Assembly: GCA_964645485.1 (NCBI GenBank)
Contig: CAZXZO010000005.1
Coordinates: forward strand, 15,269-79,268
Reading direction: 5' to 3'
DNA length: 64,000 nucleotides
From: an uncultured Candidatus Poseidoniales archaeon
GTDB taxonomy: Archaea > Thermoplasmatota > Poseidoniia > Poseidoniales > Thalassarchaeaceae
Positions within the stretch are counted from its first letter, which is position 1; each line of letters begins with the position of its first letter. The position numbers were made by a program, and so were the translations under genes. Below the pieces are notes generated by a model, which did not search any database, was not told the DNA's origin, and was given only the letters and a program-made list of their open reading frames with translations. Shown piece by piece: positions 1 through 7,925 of the stretch.

Positions 1-1
1 T

Positions 2-442
2 AGCCGTGCCCACACTGCACACCAGTTGAAGGCCCAGATAGAGAGATTGGTAGCTGAAGGTGAAGGGATGAGTGATTTATCGCGTTTATTCATTATTGAT
101 GATTTAGCGGCAATGTTCAATGATCCACAGGTCGGACGCTCACAGGGCAGAGCAATGTTGGCTAGGACTTTGGACAATCTTAGAGAATTAGCCAGCCGTG
201 GCGCTTGTGTGGTAATTTCTGCCGGCTGTGCTGGTCGTGCACCACTACCAAAAGAACATATCATTCAATTGCGAAATAATTGTGATGTCATGGTACATTT
301 AGAATCCTTACAAGGGAGGAAAAGAAGTGGTTTATCCTTGACTTGTGTTGGACAAAAAATTAGGCATATATGGCATCCTCTTCCAAGGAATCAAGCATCA
401 CTTTCAGACTTTTGGCAAAACGATTCAAGTGTTAATGGATGA
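2..442 (+). CDS. C-terminal part of a RadA/RecA-like protein (5' end outside the window), probably the PolB2-associated RadA-like paralog
   Basis: The frame is open from base 2: SRAHTAHQL resembles the Rad51/RadA RAYNTDHQ motif. LFIIDDLAAMF is a Walker-B-like strand. The C-terminal QASLSDFW fits a PIP box. It converges on polB2. Confidence 0.65.
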   Translation, partial: SRAHTAHQLKAQIERLVAEGEGMSDLSRLFIIDDLAAMFNDPQVGRSQGRAMLARTLDNLRELASRGACVVISAGCAGRAPLPKEHIIQLRNNCDVMVHLESLQGRKRSGLSLTCVGQKIRHIWHPLPRNQASLSDFWQNDSSVNG

Positions 443-2811
443 AGTCTACAACGGTCTATTCCTGATTCATCCCAGCCAAACGGCGATAGTATTGCCCATA
501 TTGCTCTCTTAGCAAGTGGTTCATAGAATTCAGCATCTCCTATGACTTGGAAAGTTGATTCTTTTTTCGATTCGATTTCGCTCGCTAGCCGTACTCTTTC
601 AGTACTATGCTTGTGACGCCATGAAACTACGGCAAACTTAGCCTTGTTACCAGGTGGTATTCGTCGTCCTAATTTTTCTGCTCTAAGAAGGGCAGCGGTT
701 GCAATTGTTTGAACACGTTCATCACCCAATTCTTTGCGTATGCGGCGTGCAATAATGAGGTCTTTAAGTGGAATAATTCCCTTTTTCAAATTCTTTATTT
801 CTTTATGTAAGTTAACAGTTACTTGGTGCTGGGCGGTCCGGGACGGGTCATCTTTGAGGATTTGAAGAGAGGTCGTTTGTAATTCCTCAATCCAAGCGCA
901 AGTTGAATGCTGTCGAAGTTCAATTCCGCGTATTTTCCAGCCTTCGTTCCCGTATCCAAAATATTTGGTCAAAGAACCAACTCCTGTGGTTCGGTTAGGT
1001 ATGAAACAGATCCAATGATAAGTATCTTCTAAATCTGCAGGTATACCTATTTCACTCAATAGTTCTGCCCTTATTCTTTCTATAGAACGCAATCTTGCTG
1101 GTTCATCTCGATTTTCCAAATCACTTAGCCACATAGAGTCTACAATTGCATGTAGTGTTTCCCAACCCTCTTTTGAGGCGATTTCAATTGCTTGCAGTAG
1201 AATCTCTCTTGCCCAAGCACAAATGGCTTCATGACATTCAATTCTACCAAACCTTGCATTACGGTATCCGGTATAACCAAAGCAGGTGACAAGCACCCAT
1301 TTCAGGGCATTTTGACGGCCATCCCATACATCTCCTTTTTTCTTCCTTCTCGATTTTAATTGCATTCTCCTCTCAATAATTGGGGCAACAACCCGGCCTA
1401 GGAATCCATGTCTACGTGTGCAAGTATGTAGATTTAGTTCAGGGACTTTCATAGTCATTGAAATTTCATTTTCAGCCCCCAATCTCTTTTCAATTTCACA
1501 GGCCGCATCAGCAAACAAAAGTGGCAATTTTCCATCTATGCTATTACTAGGTTCAGTCTTTGGGTCACAACAAGAGCAATTCAAAGTCTCAGGACTTATG
1601 TTACGGGTGGCAATAATACTAGGGAAGAGAGATGCGAAATCAAGTTCAACCACAGCATTATGGGAGCCGATTACTGGTTCTAGGTAAAGTCCCCCTCGAT
1701 CGGCAGCGAGTAACTCAAGACCATTTTTTACATCTTCAGGTCGATTTTTTTTCCACGGGACAAGTACTCCATCTTCCATAGCTTGGCGCATTTGCATAGC
1801 ACTGATAGCAGATCCTGGAGACAGACGGGAAATATCTTGGCCCGAAAGACCTGACATGCGAGCCAATTCTAGCAATCCAGCAATTCCTCCTTCTCTAACG
1901 ATGAAAGACCCTGCCATATCGATGTGTAACCTTCCTTGTAAGGCGTGATAGGATTCTTTTCGTAGAAGATTACCGTATGACCAAGTGGTCCGTCCGCGGG
2001 TTCGTGGCACTAAATCGTTCAAGTTCCGTGAGAGGTTTAGGGGTCTTCCAACTCTTTCACTAAGTCTTCTCAGAGCAGGTAGGTCAATACTATCACCGGC
2101 ATCTGTAATCAATATATCCGGGTCAATTTCTGCTATTTGTTGATTAAATAATCTCAACATCTCATCTTCATTAGCATTTTCAATTATTATTGGATTGCCA
2201 TGTTTTTCATCTTTACCAAGTGTTCCCTGTTGCGTGATGATGATTTTTTTCAATGGTGCACTAGCAGTACGATGGCCGTGGCTATCATAACAATCTGTAA
2301 ACAGGTGGGAAATTGTCAACGGTGGCAATTCTAATGCCATATCGGTTCGACTGTCAAGCGCAGTCAATTTGTTGTCAGAAATCTTCACCCTTCCAAATGG
2401 GTGGACTTTTTTGTCAAGTAAAAGTCTCTGAGCCATTTTCTGGTCTACAGAATACAATTCATGGTGATGCCAATTTCCTCGTGCATCAATCACTTCTGCT
2501 AATTTCTTCAATTTAGATGGGCGATTTGTTGAAACTGCTAACACTGAGCGAGCACGTGTGGCTCCAAGTTCAATGAGATGTCGTTCAAAACGAGTTTGTA
2601 AATCTCCAAATTCATAATGCATTTCAACACGGTCAAGCCATAGTGACAATTGTTCTAAACGATTGATATCGGCAGATACGTGGAGTGCTACCCGCCATTT
2701 TTCACGAAATGAAATCGTTTTACAATCATCCAGTTTAACCCATGTAACCATCTCATCGCCATCTTGGTGGCAATCAAGAATCCAACCGTTAGTCTCATCC
2801 AACTCTATCAC
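391..2811 (-). CDS. polB2: Family B DNA polymerase, archaeal PolB2 group (degenerate exonuclease domain and motif C)
   Basis: Motif A is ELDFASLFPSII and motif B is RQNALKWVLVTCFGYTGY. Motif C is HAIVDS instead of YGDTDS, which is typical of PolB2. A small partner gene lies directly upstream. Confidence 0.85.
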   Translation of the reverse strand: MIELDETNGWILDCHQDGDEMVTWVKLDDCKTISFREKWRVALHVSADINRLEQLSLWLDRVEMHYEFGDLQTRFERHLIELGATRARSVLAVSTNRPSKLKKLAEVIDARGNWHHHELYSVDQKMAQRLLLDKKVHPFGRVKISDNKLTALDSRTDMALELPPLTISHLFTDCYDSHGHRTASAPLKKIIITQQGTLGKDEKHGNPIIIENANEDEMLRLFNQQIAEIDPDILITDAGDSIDLPALRRLSERVGRPLNLSRNLNDLVPRTRGRTTWSYGNLLRKESYHALQGRLHIDMAGSFIVREGGIAGLLELARMSGLSGQDISRLSPGSAISAMQMRQAMEDGVLVPWKKNRPEDVKNGLELLAADRGGLYLEPVIGSHNAVVELDFASLFPSIIATRNISPETLNCSCCDPKTEPSNSIDGKLPLLFADAACEIEKRLGAENEISMTMKVPELNLHTCTRRHGFLGRVVAPIIERRMQLKSRRKKKGDVWDGRQNALKWVLVTCFGYTGYRNARFGRIECHEAICAWAREILLQAIEIASKEGWETLHAIVDSMWLSDLENRDEPARLRSIERIRAELLSEIGIPADLEDTYHWICFIPNRTTGVGSLTKYFGYGNEGWKIRGIELRQHSTCAWIEELQTTSLQILKDDPSRTAQHQVTVNLHKEIKNLKKGIIPLKDLIIARRIRKELGDERVQTIATAALLRAEKLGRRIPPGNKAKFAVVSWRHKHSTERVRLASEIESKKESTFQVIGDAEFYEPLAKRAIWAILSPFGWDESGIDRCRLHPLTLESFCQKSESDA

Positions 2812-2824
2812 GACAGCCGCATAG

Positions 2825-3079
2825 TTATGGCTCTAATTCTTCCATTCTTGCTTCTAATCTCCTAATTCTGGCGAAACAATCCACTATTATAGACAATAAC
2901 ATTGGTTCAAGTGGGTCGGCAGTTGGCATTAATCCTCCAGCAGAGGCTCGCTCCCTAACTGCATTAGCAGCCCCATCCAATGCCAATTTATCCTCAGTTC
3001 GTAATGCTCTGCGAAATGCATTCCACGCAACCATTCTCTCTTCTATACGCATTCGCCATGTTGATACTGTTCGGCCCAT
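2825..3079 (-). CDS. Small PolB2-associated protein (arCOG07300-like)
   Basis: An 84-aa helical protein starting MGRTVSTWRMRIEE...FRRALRTEDK, located 14 bp upstream of polB2. This matches the known two-gene PolB2 arrangement. Confidence 0.75.
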   Translation of the reverse strand: MGRTVSTWRMRIEERMVAWNAFRRALRTEDKLALDGAANAVRERASAGGLMPTADPLEPMLLSIIVDCFARIRRLEARMEELEP

Positions 3080-3146
3080 ATTAGATTAGGCAGAGTTCGA
3101 GGTTATAGTCAATTACTGAGAGGGGGGGAGACTGATGCAAAGTAAA

Positions 3147-3495
3147 ACTGAATTTTCCCAGGCGTGTGTGAAAGATGGCGGACTCAATTGTCCCAGGTAT
3201 GTGTGAAAAATGGGAGACTGAATTTGCGGAGGGTGGGTGAAAGATGCCGGCTGAATTTGCGGAGGGTGGGCGAAAGATGACGGACTCAATTGTCACAATT
3301 ATGTGTGGGGAATGGAGGACTGAAATTTTCCCGGAATCATGTGAAAGGTGGCGGACTCAATTGTCCCAGTTATGTGTGAAAAATGGGGGACTGAATTTTC
3401 CCAGGCGTGTGTGAAAGATGGCGGACTCAATTGTCCCAGGTATGTGTGGAAAATGGGAGACTGAATTTTTCCCGGAATCATGTGAAAGATGGTGG
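3147..3495. repeat. Degenerate tandem array of ten 33-36 bp units
   Basis: Units start at 3147, 3182, 3217, 3250, 3284, 3319, 3355, 3390, 3425 and 3460. Consensus is approximately ACTSAATTKTCCCAGGYRTGTGTGAAARATGGSRG. Units 1 and 8 are identical, and 2 and 9 differ at one base. Decayed remnants flank both sides. Confidence 0.9.
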
Positions 3496-3556
3496 GAACG
3501 ATGCGGTGGTAGTGCTTGAAATCCCAGCGGATTTGAACTGATAATTTGGGGACTCA

Positions 3557-4603
3557 TTAGTGACGGAAACCAGACCATCTTCCCTCAGAAGGTGGTCTTT
3601 GCAACGCTAGGTAACACCATTTATCCTCAATTTGAAACCCACACAACCAGGTTTTGTGCACGCCATTAGCAAGCCTTGCTGCTAAACAGGCTTGGGCCCA
3701 ATCGTGAGGGGCTAGCCATTCTGGTTGAAGTAACCAAGGCGCGTGTTCTTCTCCTATAGACAGTTCGTATAGTCTCCACCGGGTGCCATATTTGAACCCA
3801 GACCTAGGTAGCAATTTTCTTGCTAGAACATCTCTGAGTAATGAGATACTGCCATTTTCATCTGCTGCATCTTCTAATATTCTGACTTCATCTTCATCTA
3901 GCCACTTACCTTCGGGTAATGGTGTGCCAATTTGTTCTGGAAGTTCAACATCTTTGGACATAAAGGCGCCATCCCATCTGCCGCCAACTAAACTAGGTTC
4001 AGACTTGAGAAGATTATCCAAATCAATTTCACCTAAAGCACCTGATGGGTTGGCTGGATTAACTCTGTAAGTGGTGACACCCATTTCTTCATCCACAATT
4101 AGAACTTCAGCAATTCTTCCTAAGGCAGTAACTTCAGCAGCCCAACTGTAGAGACTGTTCCATTGAATTGGTTCAAAATCTCTAACCCAAACAACTTCAG
4201 CAGCCGCTAATCCAGTTTTGAGATTGGATGAGCGTGACCATCGTAGTGCCCAACTACCCTCTGAAACAATTGTTTTTGGGGATATTTTAGCCACATTATT
4301 TGCTAATACAACCTGCTCACCAGGGACCCTCATTGCTTCCAATGCAGCGGTTTCATGCAATAATTCTGCAGATTCGACTAATTGTTCTTCTAGCCAGTTT
4401 TCCGTCATCTCAAGATGTCTATGTCGCATACAAAATAAGACTTCGCAAGATTGCAATAAGAGTTCATTTTTCGGAAGAGGAATTCCGATGCCTGACTTAT
4501 CGAAAAGTCTCTGCGCAGCAGGTCCCGAAAGCACCCAACCATCTGGATTTTGCAGGCAAGGGCCGATGGTCCTCTTCTTCGCCGGCCCACTCTCCATATT
4601 CAC
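3557..4603 (-). CDS. endA: tRNA-splicing endonuclease (two-unit, alpha2-type)
   Basis: Catalytic unit motifs RSGFKYGTRWRLY, HAPW and ARLANGVHK supply the Tyr/His/Lys triad. At 348 aa it fits two fused units. The start may be the ATG at 4597. Confidence 0.85.
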   Translation of the reverse strand: MNMESGPAKKRTIGPCLQNPDGWVLSGPAAQRLFDKSGIGIPLPKNELLLQSCEVLFCMRHRHLEMTENWLEEQLVESAELLHETAALEAMRVPGEQVVLANNVAKISPKTIVSEGSWALRWSRSSNLKTGLAAAEVVWVRDFEPIQWNSLYSWAAEVTALGRIAEVLIVDEEMGVTTYRVNPANPSGALGEIDLDNLLKSEPSLVGGRWDGAFMSKDVELPEQIGTPLPEGKWLDEDEVRILEDAADENGSISLLRDVLARKLLPRSGFKYGTRWRLYELSIGEEHAPWLLQPEWLAPHDWAQACLAARLANGVHKTWLCGFQIEDKWCYLALQRPPSEGRWSGFRH

Positions 4604-4679
4604 GCCTCGCGCCTTTCAGACTTGAGTTAATCGCCCTTTGTCTCCGTCACATTTGATAGGTTAGTCCTATTCAGAGGGG

Positions 4680-5468
4680 TTGAGTGGTATGAGTAGCAAA
4701 GGCAAACTCAGTGATTTCACTGTTGAGCAAAGAGTGCTAATTCACCTCTTTGAGCACCCAAAGAAGAGATCACAATGGGAAGGCAAGCAGGAACAAACAC
4801 AAGCTGGGATTAGTGGGGCTGTTGGAATTGCGAGAAAACACCTTCCTAGAACGCTAAAATCCTTGATTGCACAAGATTTAGTTGAAGTTGAAACGCGTCA
4901 TGTCGAAGGGTCAAAACAACGCTGTAGAGTTTACTTTTTGACACCAATTGGCATTTCTGCTTCTGAATCAATGAGGACAGGGTTAGCCTCGAGGGAGATT
5001 TCAACGGAAGAAGGTCAAACCACATTGGGTGAATTTGCAGGCCATGAAATTCCATATCTTCACGTGTTAAGCCACCTAAATTCGGAAAATCATTACGACC
5101 AATCAATGTATGAACAAGAAATTGAAGAGGACGCACCATCAGTTGACTTGTATAGAAAAGTCCTTCACCGTGCTTGGAGGGATGGGCAGTTGACTGCTGA
5201 TGAAAGAGGCATGTTAGATGATATTTCTCTACATCTCGGTCTTGAACCTGATAGCGTCGAAAGAATAGAATCTGAAGTCTCCTCACAACGTATTGAATCC
5301 ACAGAAAAACAAACAGACACTTATCTTGAAGTATTAGAAGTTGCTTGGCAAGATGGGTTTATTTCTGATGATGAACAAGCGATGTTAGATTCCCTCGCCC
5401 GCTCTCTTGGACTTGACCCCGAGTATATCGCAAAAGTGCAATTAGAGTGGATTATTCTTCATTCTTAG
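4680..5468 (+). CDS. Winged-HTH protein with two C-terminal TerB-like helical repeats
   Basis: The N-terminal wHTH reads QTQAGISGAVGIARKHLPRTLKSL...RVYFLTPIG. The repeats are AWRDGQLTADERGMLDDISLHLGL and AWQDGFISDDEQAMLDSLARSLGL. Confidence 0.65.
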   Translation: MSGMSSKGKLSDFTVEQRVLIHLFEHPKKRSQWEGKQEQTQAGISGAVGIARKHLPRTLKSLIAQDLVEVETRHVEGSKQRCRVYFLTPIGISASESMRTGLASREISTEEGQTTLGEFAGHEIPYLHVLSHLNSENHYDQSMYEQEIEEDAPSVDLYRKVLHRAWRDGQLTADERGMLDDISLHLGLEPDSVERIESEVSSQRIESTEKQTDTYLEVLEVAWQDGFISDDEQAMLDSLARSLGLDPEYIAKVQLEWIILHS

Positions 5469-5477
5469 ATAGGTGGG

Positions 5478-6578
5478 TTGATTTGGCTTCGGCCTTTCGC
5501 AGACCTGAAAGGGGTTGGCGGGGTGCTTGACGAAGTAGTGCAAAATGAGATTGACTTGTTGCGGTCGCTGCATGAGATGGTTGTCACCCCTGAAGCAAAA
5601 CCAGTACTTTTGATGGGTGATGTGATTCTTGACCGCTACTTTCACGGTTGGGCAAATCACCTCAATTCATTTGCGCCAGTTCCAGTTGTAAAAGTGATTA
5701 ACAAAACAGAGAGTGCAGGGGCTGCCGCCCACATTGCTAGAGGATTAGTTAACTTAGGAATGAATGTCAGATTTTTCTGTATTCTTGGAGGTGATGAAAA
5801 TGGTCAAATCATCGCTCAGCAATTGCATGAAGAAAAGGTCGATACCTCAGACATTAGGATCGCTGCCCATCTTCAAACAGTTTCCAAAACTAGAATTTAT
5901 GGTTCTCGTGAAAGTTTGATTGATCGAAATCAATTAATTTTACAGTTTGACGAAGAATCTAGTGAAGAATACCCTGAAGGTGTTATTGACAAATTAACCA
6001 AGGCTGCTTGTTCTGCTCTGCCCGGTTCTTGTGCAGTTGTTCTCAGTGATTATGGAAAAGGAGTCGTTAGTGATGCTGGAGCCGCTGAAGTCATCGCTGC
6101 TGCTAAGGCGGCAGAAGTACCTGTAATTTGTGACCCGAAACTGACAGGGTTACACAGGACTGTGGGCGCTACTGTGGCTTTATTCGAAATCCGAGGATTG
6201 GAATTACTAAGGAGAAGGAGTAATCTTCCAGATGCTGAATCAACTGCTGCCCACTTCATCAAAGAACATGATTGGCAGGGGATGCTAGTCTTGGGTGGAG
6301 AAGATGGCACTACCTTGTATCAAAAAGATGAGGCTCCTCTATTTTTGCCATGTTTAATCGAAGTTCCACAACAACTCATAGGATTGCATGATGCAGCGGC
6401 AACAGCACTTGCTTGTGCCTTGGGTGCAGGCCGAAGTCTTGCTGAGGGTGCACGATTAGCAAATGCTGCGTGTGAATGTGTACTTGCTGCAGAAACTAGT
6501 CGAGTGGTTCTTAACCGCAAAAAATTGATGACTAGGCTAGACGAATTATCATGGCACTTCCAGATTTCAGACCGTTGA
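5478..6578 (+). CDS. PfkB-family HldE/RfaE kinase-domain-like protein with degenerate catalytic motifs
   Basis: LLMGDVILDRY, APVPVV, VVLSDYGKG and VICDPK align with the HldE kinase domain. DVTGAGD is replaced by QLIGLHD. Confidence 0.7.
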   Translation: MIWLRPFADLKGVGGVLDEVVQNEIDLLRSLHEMVVTPEAKPVLLMGDVILDRYFHGWANHLNSFAPVPVVKVINKTESAGAAAHIARGLVNLGMNVRFFCILGGDENGQIIAQQLHEEKVDTSDIRIAAHLQTVSKTRIYGSRESLIDRNQLILQFDEESSEEYPEGVIDKLTKAACSALPGSCAVVLSDYGKGVVSDAGAAEVIAAAKAAEVPVICDPKLTGLHRTVGATVALFEIRGLELLRRRSNLPDAESTAAHFIKEHDWQGMLVLGGEDGTTLYQKDEAPLFLPCLIEVPQQLIGLHDAAATALACALGAGRSLAEGARLANAACECVLAAETSRVVLNRKKLMTRLDELSWHFQISDR

Positions 6579-6650
6579 GATGATGTAGATGATTCCCTCA
6601 ACTATGAGGTTCCAGCAAGCAACAAAAATACATTTTCAGGAGATAATGGA

Positions 6651-7124
6651 ATGAGTTGGTGGATTTTACCGACTACTGCGGATGTGGGTATCCGTGCCTT
6701 CGGTGCTACAAAAGAATCGGTAATCCAAGAGGTCACTTTAGGTATGCAATCAATTCTTTTATCACAAAAAGGTGAACAAGATTTGTCAGGGCTTACAAGA
6801 CACACAGGGGAATGGAGTGTTGACCTTGCCAATAGTTTGGATAATACTATGGTGGCATGGCTTGAAGAAGTTCTTTATCAAGGTGAAGTTGAGTGTCGAT
6901 GGTTAGTTGATTTACAAATACAATTAACCAATGAATCCCTTAATGCCCAAGTTTCATTTGTTGATGGAGATGAGGTTGAAAGAGAGGTTGAAATCAAAGC
7001 AGTTACTCGTCATGAACTCTTACTGAATGAAGTTCCATCAGGTATTGAATTCCCGGGTGTTGCTCCTGATATACCTACATTTGAAGGCCCAGGCTGGGTT
7101 TCCCAAGTTATCTTCGATATATGA
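6651..7124 (+). CDS. Archease (RtcB cofactor)
   Basis: TTADVGIRAFG (HTAD-like), EIKAVTRH and a C-terminal FDI. Confidence 0.85.
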   Translation: MSWWILPTTADVGIRAFGATKESVIQEVTLGMQSILLSQKGEQDLSGLTRHTGEWSVDLANSLDNTMVAWLEEVLYQGEVECRWLVDLQIQLTNESLNAQVSFVDGDEVEREVEIKAVTRHELLLNEVPSGIEFPGVAPDIPTFEGPGWVSQVIFDI

Positions 7125-7133
7125 AAATAAAAA
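7123..7133 (-). terminator. T-rich terminator of the SRP RNA
   Basis: TTTTTATTTTC on the minus strand lies just downstream of the SRP 3' end. Confidence 0.5.
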
Positions 7134-7140
7134 GTGGGCG

Positions 7141-7446
7141 CGCCCGGGGTGGACGCTCGTTACCGCTTTCGAAATTGCCTCCGTCTTCTCAACCCCGGTA
7201 CCCCAAGGCACCCAAGGTTCCGGGTTGGGCTGCTCCATTCCTGGCCTCACCTGATTCCCCGGCTAGCGGTGTTAGCAGATTCCCTCCGGAATCCGTTCTT
7301 CCAACCTGAGTCACTTGGGGGCGAGGTCTCATCGTCCACGGTAGCTACGTCCACGGTTCGTCTGCGCCGCCCCCGGGCTTCGGATCACCAGTTGCGATTT
7401 GTGAAAGAGGGAACGCCAACTCCCCTCCTAGCCCAGTCCACCGGCG
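7141..7446 (-). ncRNA. ffs: Archaeal SRP (7S) RNA
   Basis: GC-rich, about 305 nt. Helix 8 is GG-UGAGG-CCA-GGAA-UGG-AGCAG-CC. Helix 6 is GGAUUCC-GGAG-GGAAUCU. The ends pair as GGUGGAC/GUCCACC. Exact ends are uncertain by a few nt. Confidence 0.9.
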
Positions 7447-7458
7447 TTGGTTAGCCCA

Positions 7459-7466
7459 TTTGAACC
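7459..7466 (-). promoter_or_regulatory. TATA-like box for the SRP RNA
   Basis: GGTTCAAA lies about 20 nt upstream of the terminal helix. A similar GGTTCAAA occurs upstream of the TrmB gene at 42851-42858. Confidence 0.35.
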
Positions 7467-7485
7467 TCACGCTAAGTGTGAGAGG

Positions 7486-7884
7486 TTAGTCACTCTGAGT
7501 TGACTCGGCTTCATACTTAGATGGACAACCAGTGATTATCTCATCAGCACTTAGAGTCCACTCACCTGCTTGATTATTTAGAATGCCCTTGATTGCCACA
7601 ACTCTACCTTCTTCAAAAGCAGGTGGGATTGCAGCCCCTCCTGCATCAATGGTTAAATTATGGGAGTTTCCAGTAATAAGGAAAGTCCGGTTTACAGAAT
7701 CAAAAGAACCGATTGCTACTGTGCCCCGCAAATGCAAATCGTCATCGTCAAATTGAGAAGGTGAATCCATGACTTCATCCACACTGTACTGAATAGCAGG
7801 TTCATTCCCTACCATCACTAAGGCTAGAGAAACAACAACAAAAACCCCGATGATTGCCAAACGGGCTCTTCTGCTGAGGGCCAT
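7486..7884 (-). CDS. ccmE: Cytochrome c maturation heme chaperone CcmE (CxxxY type)
   Basis: N-terminal TM helix, OB-fold core and a C-terminal GCPSKY. The ATG at 7884 is preferred over the overlapping upstream start. Confidence 0.85.
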   Translation of the reverse strand: MALSRRARLAIIGVFVVVSLALVMVGNEPAIQYSVDEVMDSPSQFDDDDLHLRGTVAIGSFDSVNRTFLITGNSHNLTIDAGGAAIPPAFEEGRVVAIKGILNNQAGEWTLSADEIITGCPSKYEAESTQSD

Positions 7885-7925
7885 ATTTAACTCCGTGAGC
7901 CCATACTCAATAAATCTGACCACTA

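Noticed and set aside
3147-3495. CRISPR array
   Set aside because: There is no invariant repeat alternating with unique spacers. Whole units recur, and no cas genes are in the window.
3107-3556. Replication origin (ORB array)
   Set aside because: The ORB resemblance is loose, all units face one way, and there is no clear AT-rich unwinding element or adjacent cdc6/orc1. It is kept only as an alternative hypothesis.
3081-3578. Three short minus-strand ORFs with repeated TIESAIFH motifs
   Set aside because: They are translations of the repeat array. The 33-36 bp units shift frame, and the same peptides appear in all three frames.
7027-7454. ORFs 7027-7254, 7038-7250, 7121-7309 and 7134-7454
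   Set aside because: These are stop-poor frames caused by the GC-rich SRP RNA.
7134-7458. Bulge-helix-bulge processing site at the SRP RNA termini, suggested by nearby endA and archease
   Set aside because: A 3-nt bulge and a 4-bp helix can be drawn, but the bulge lies 5' of the helix strand (wrong polarity) and the second element is a 7x1 loop.
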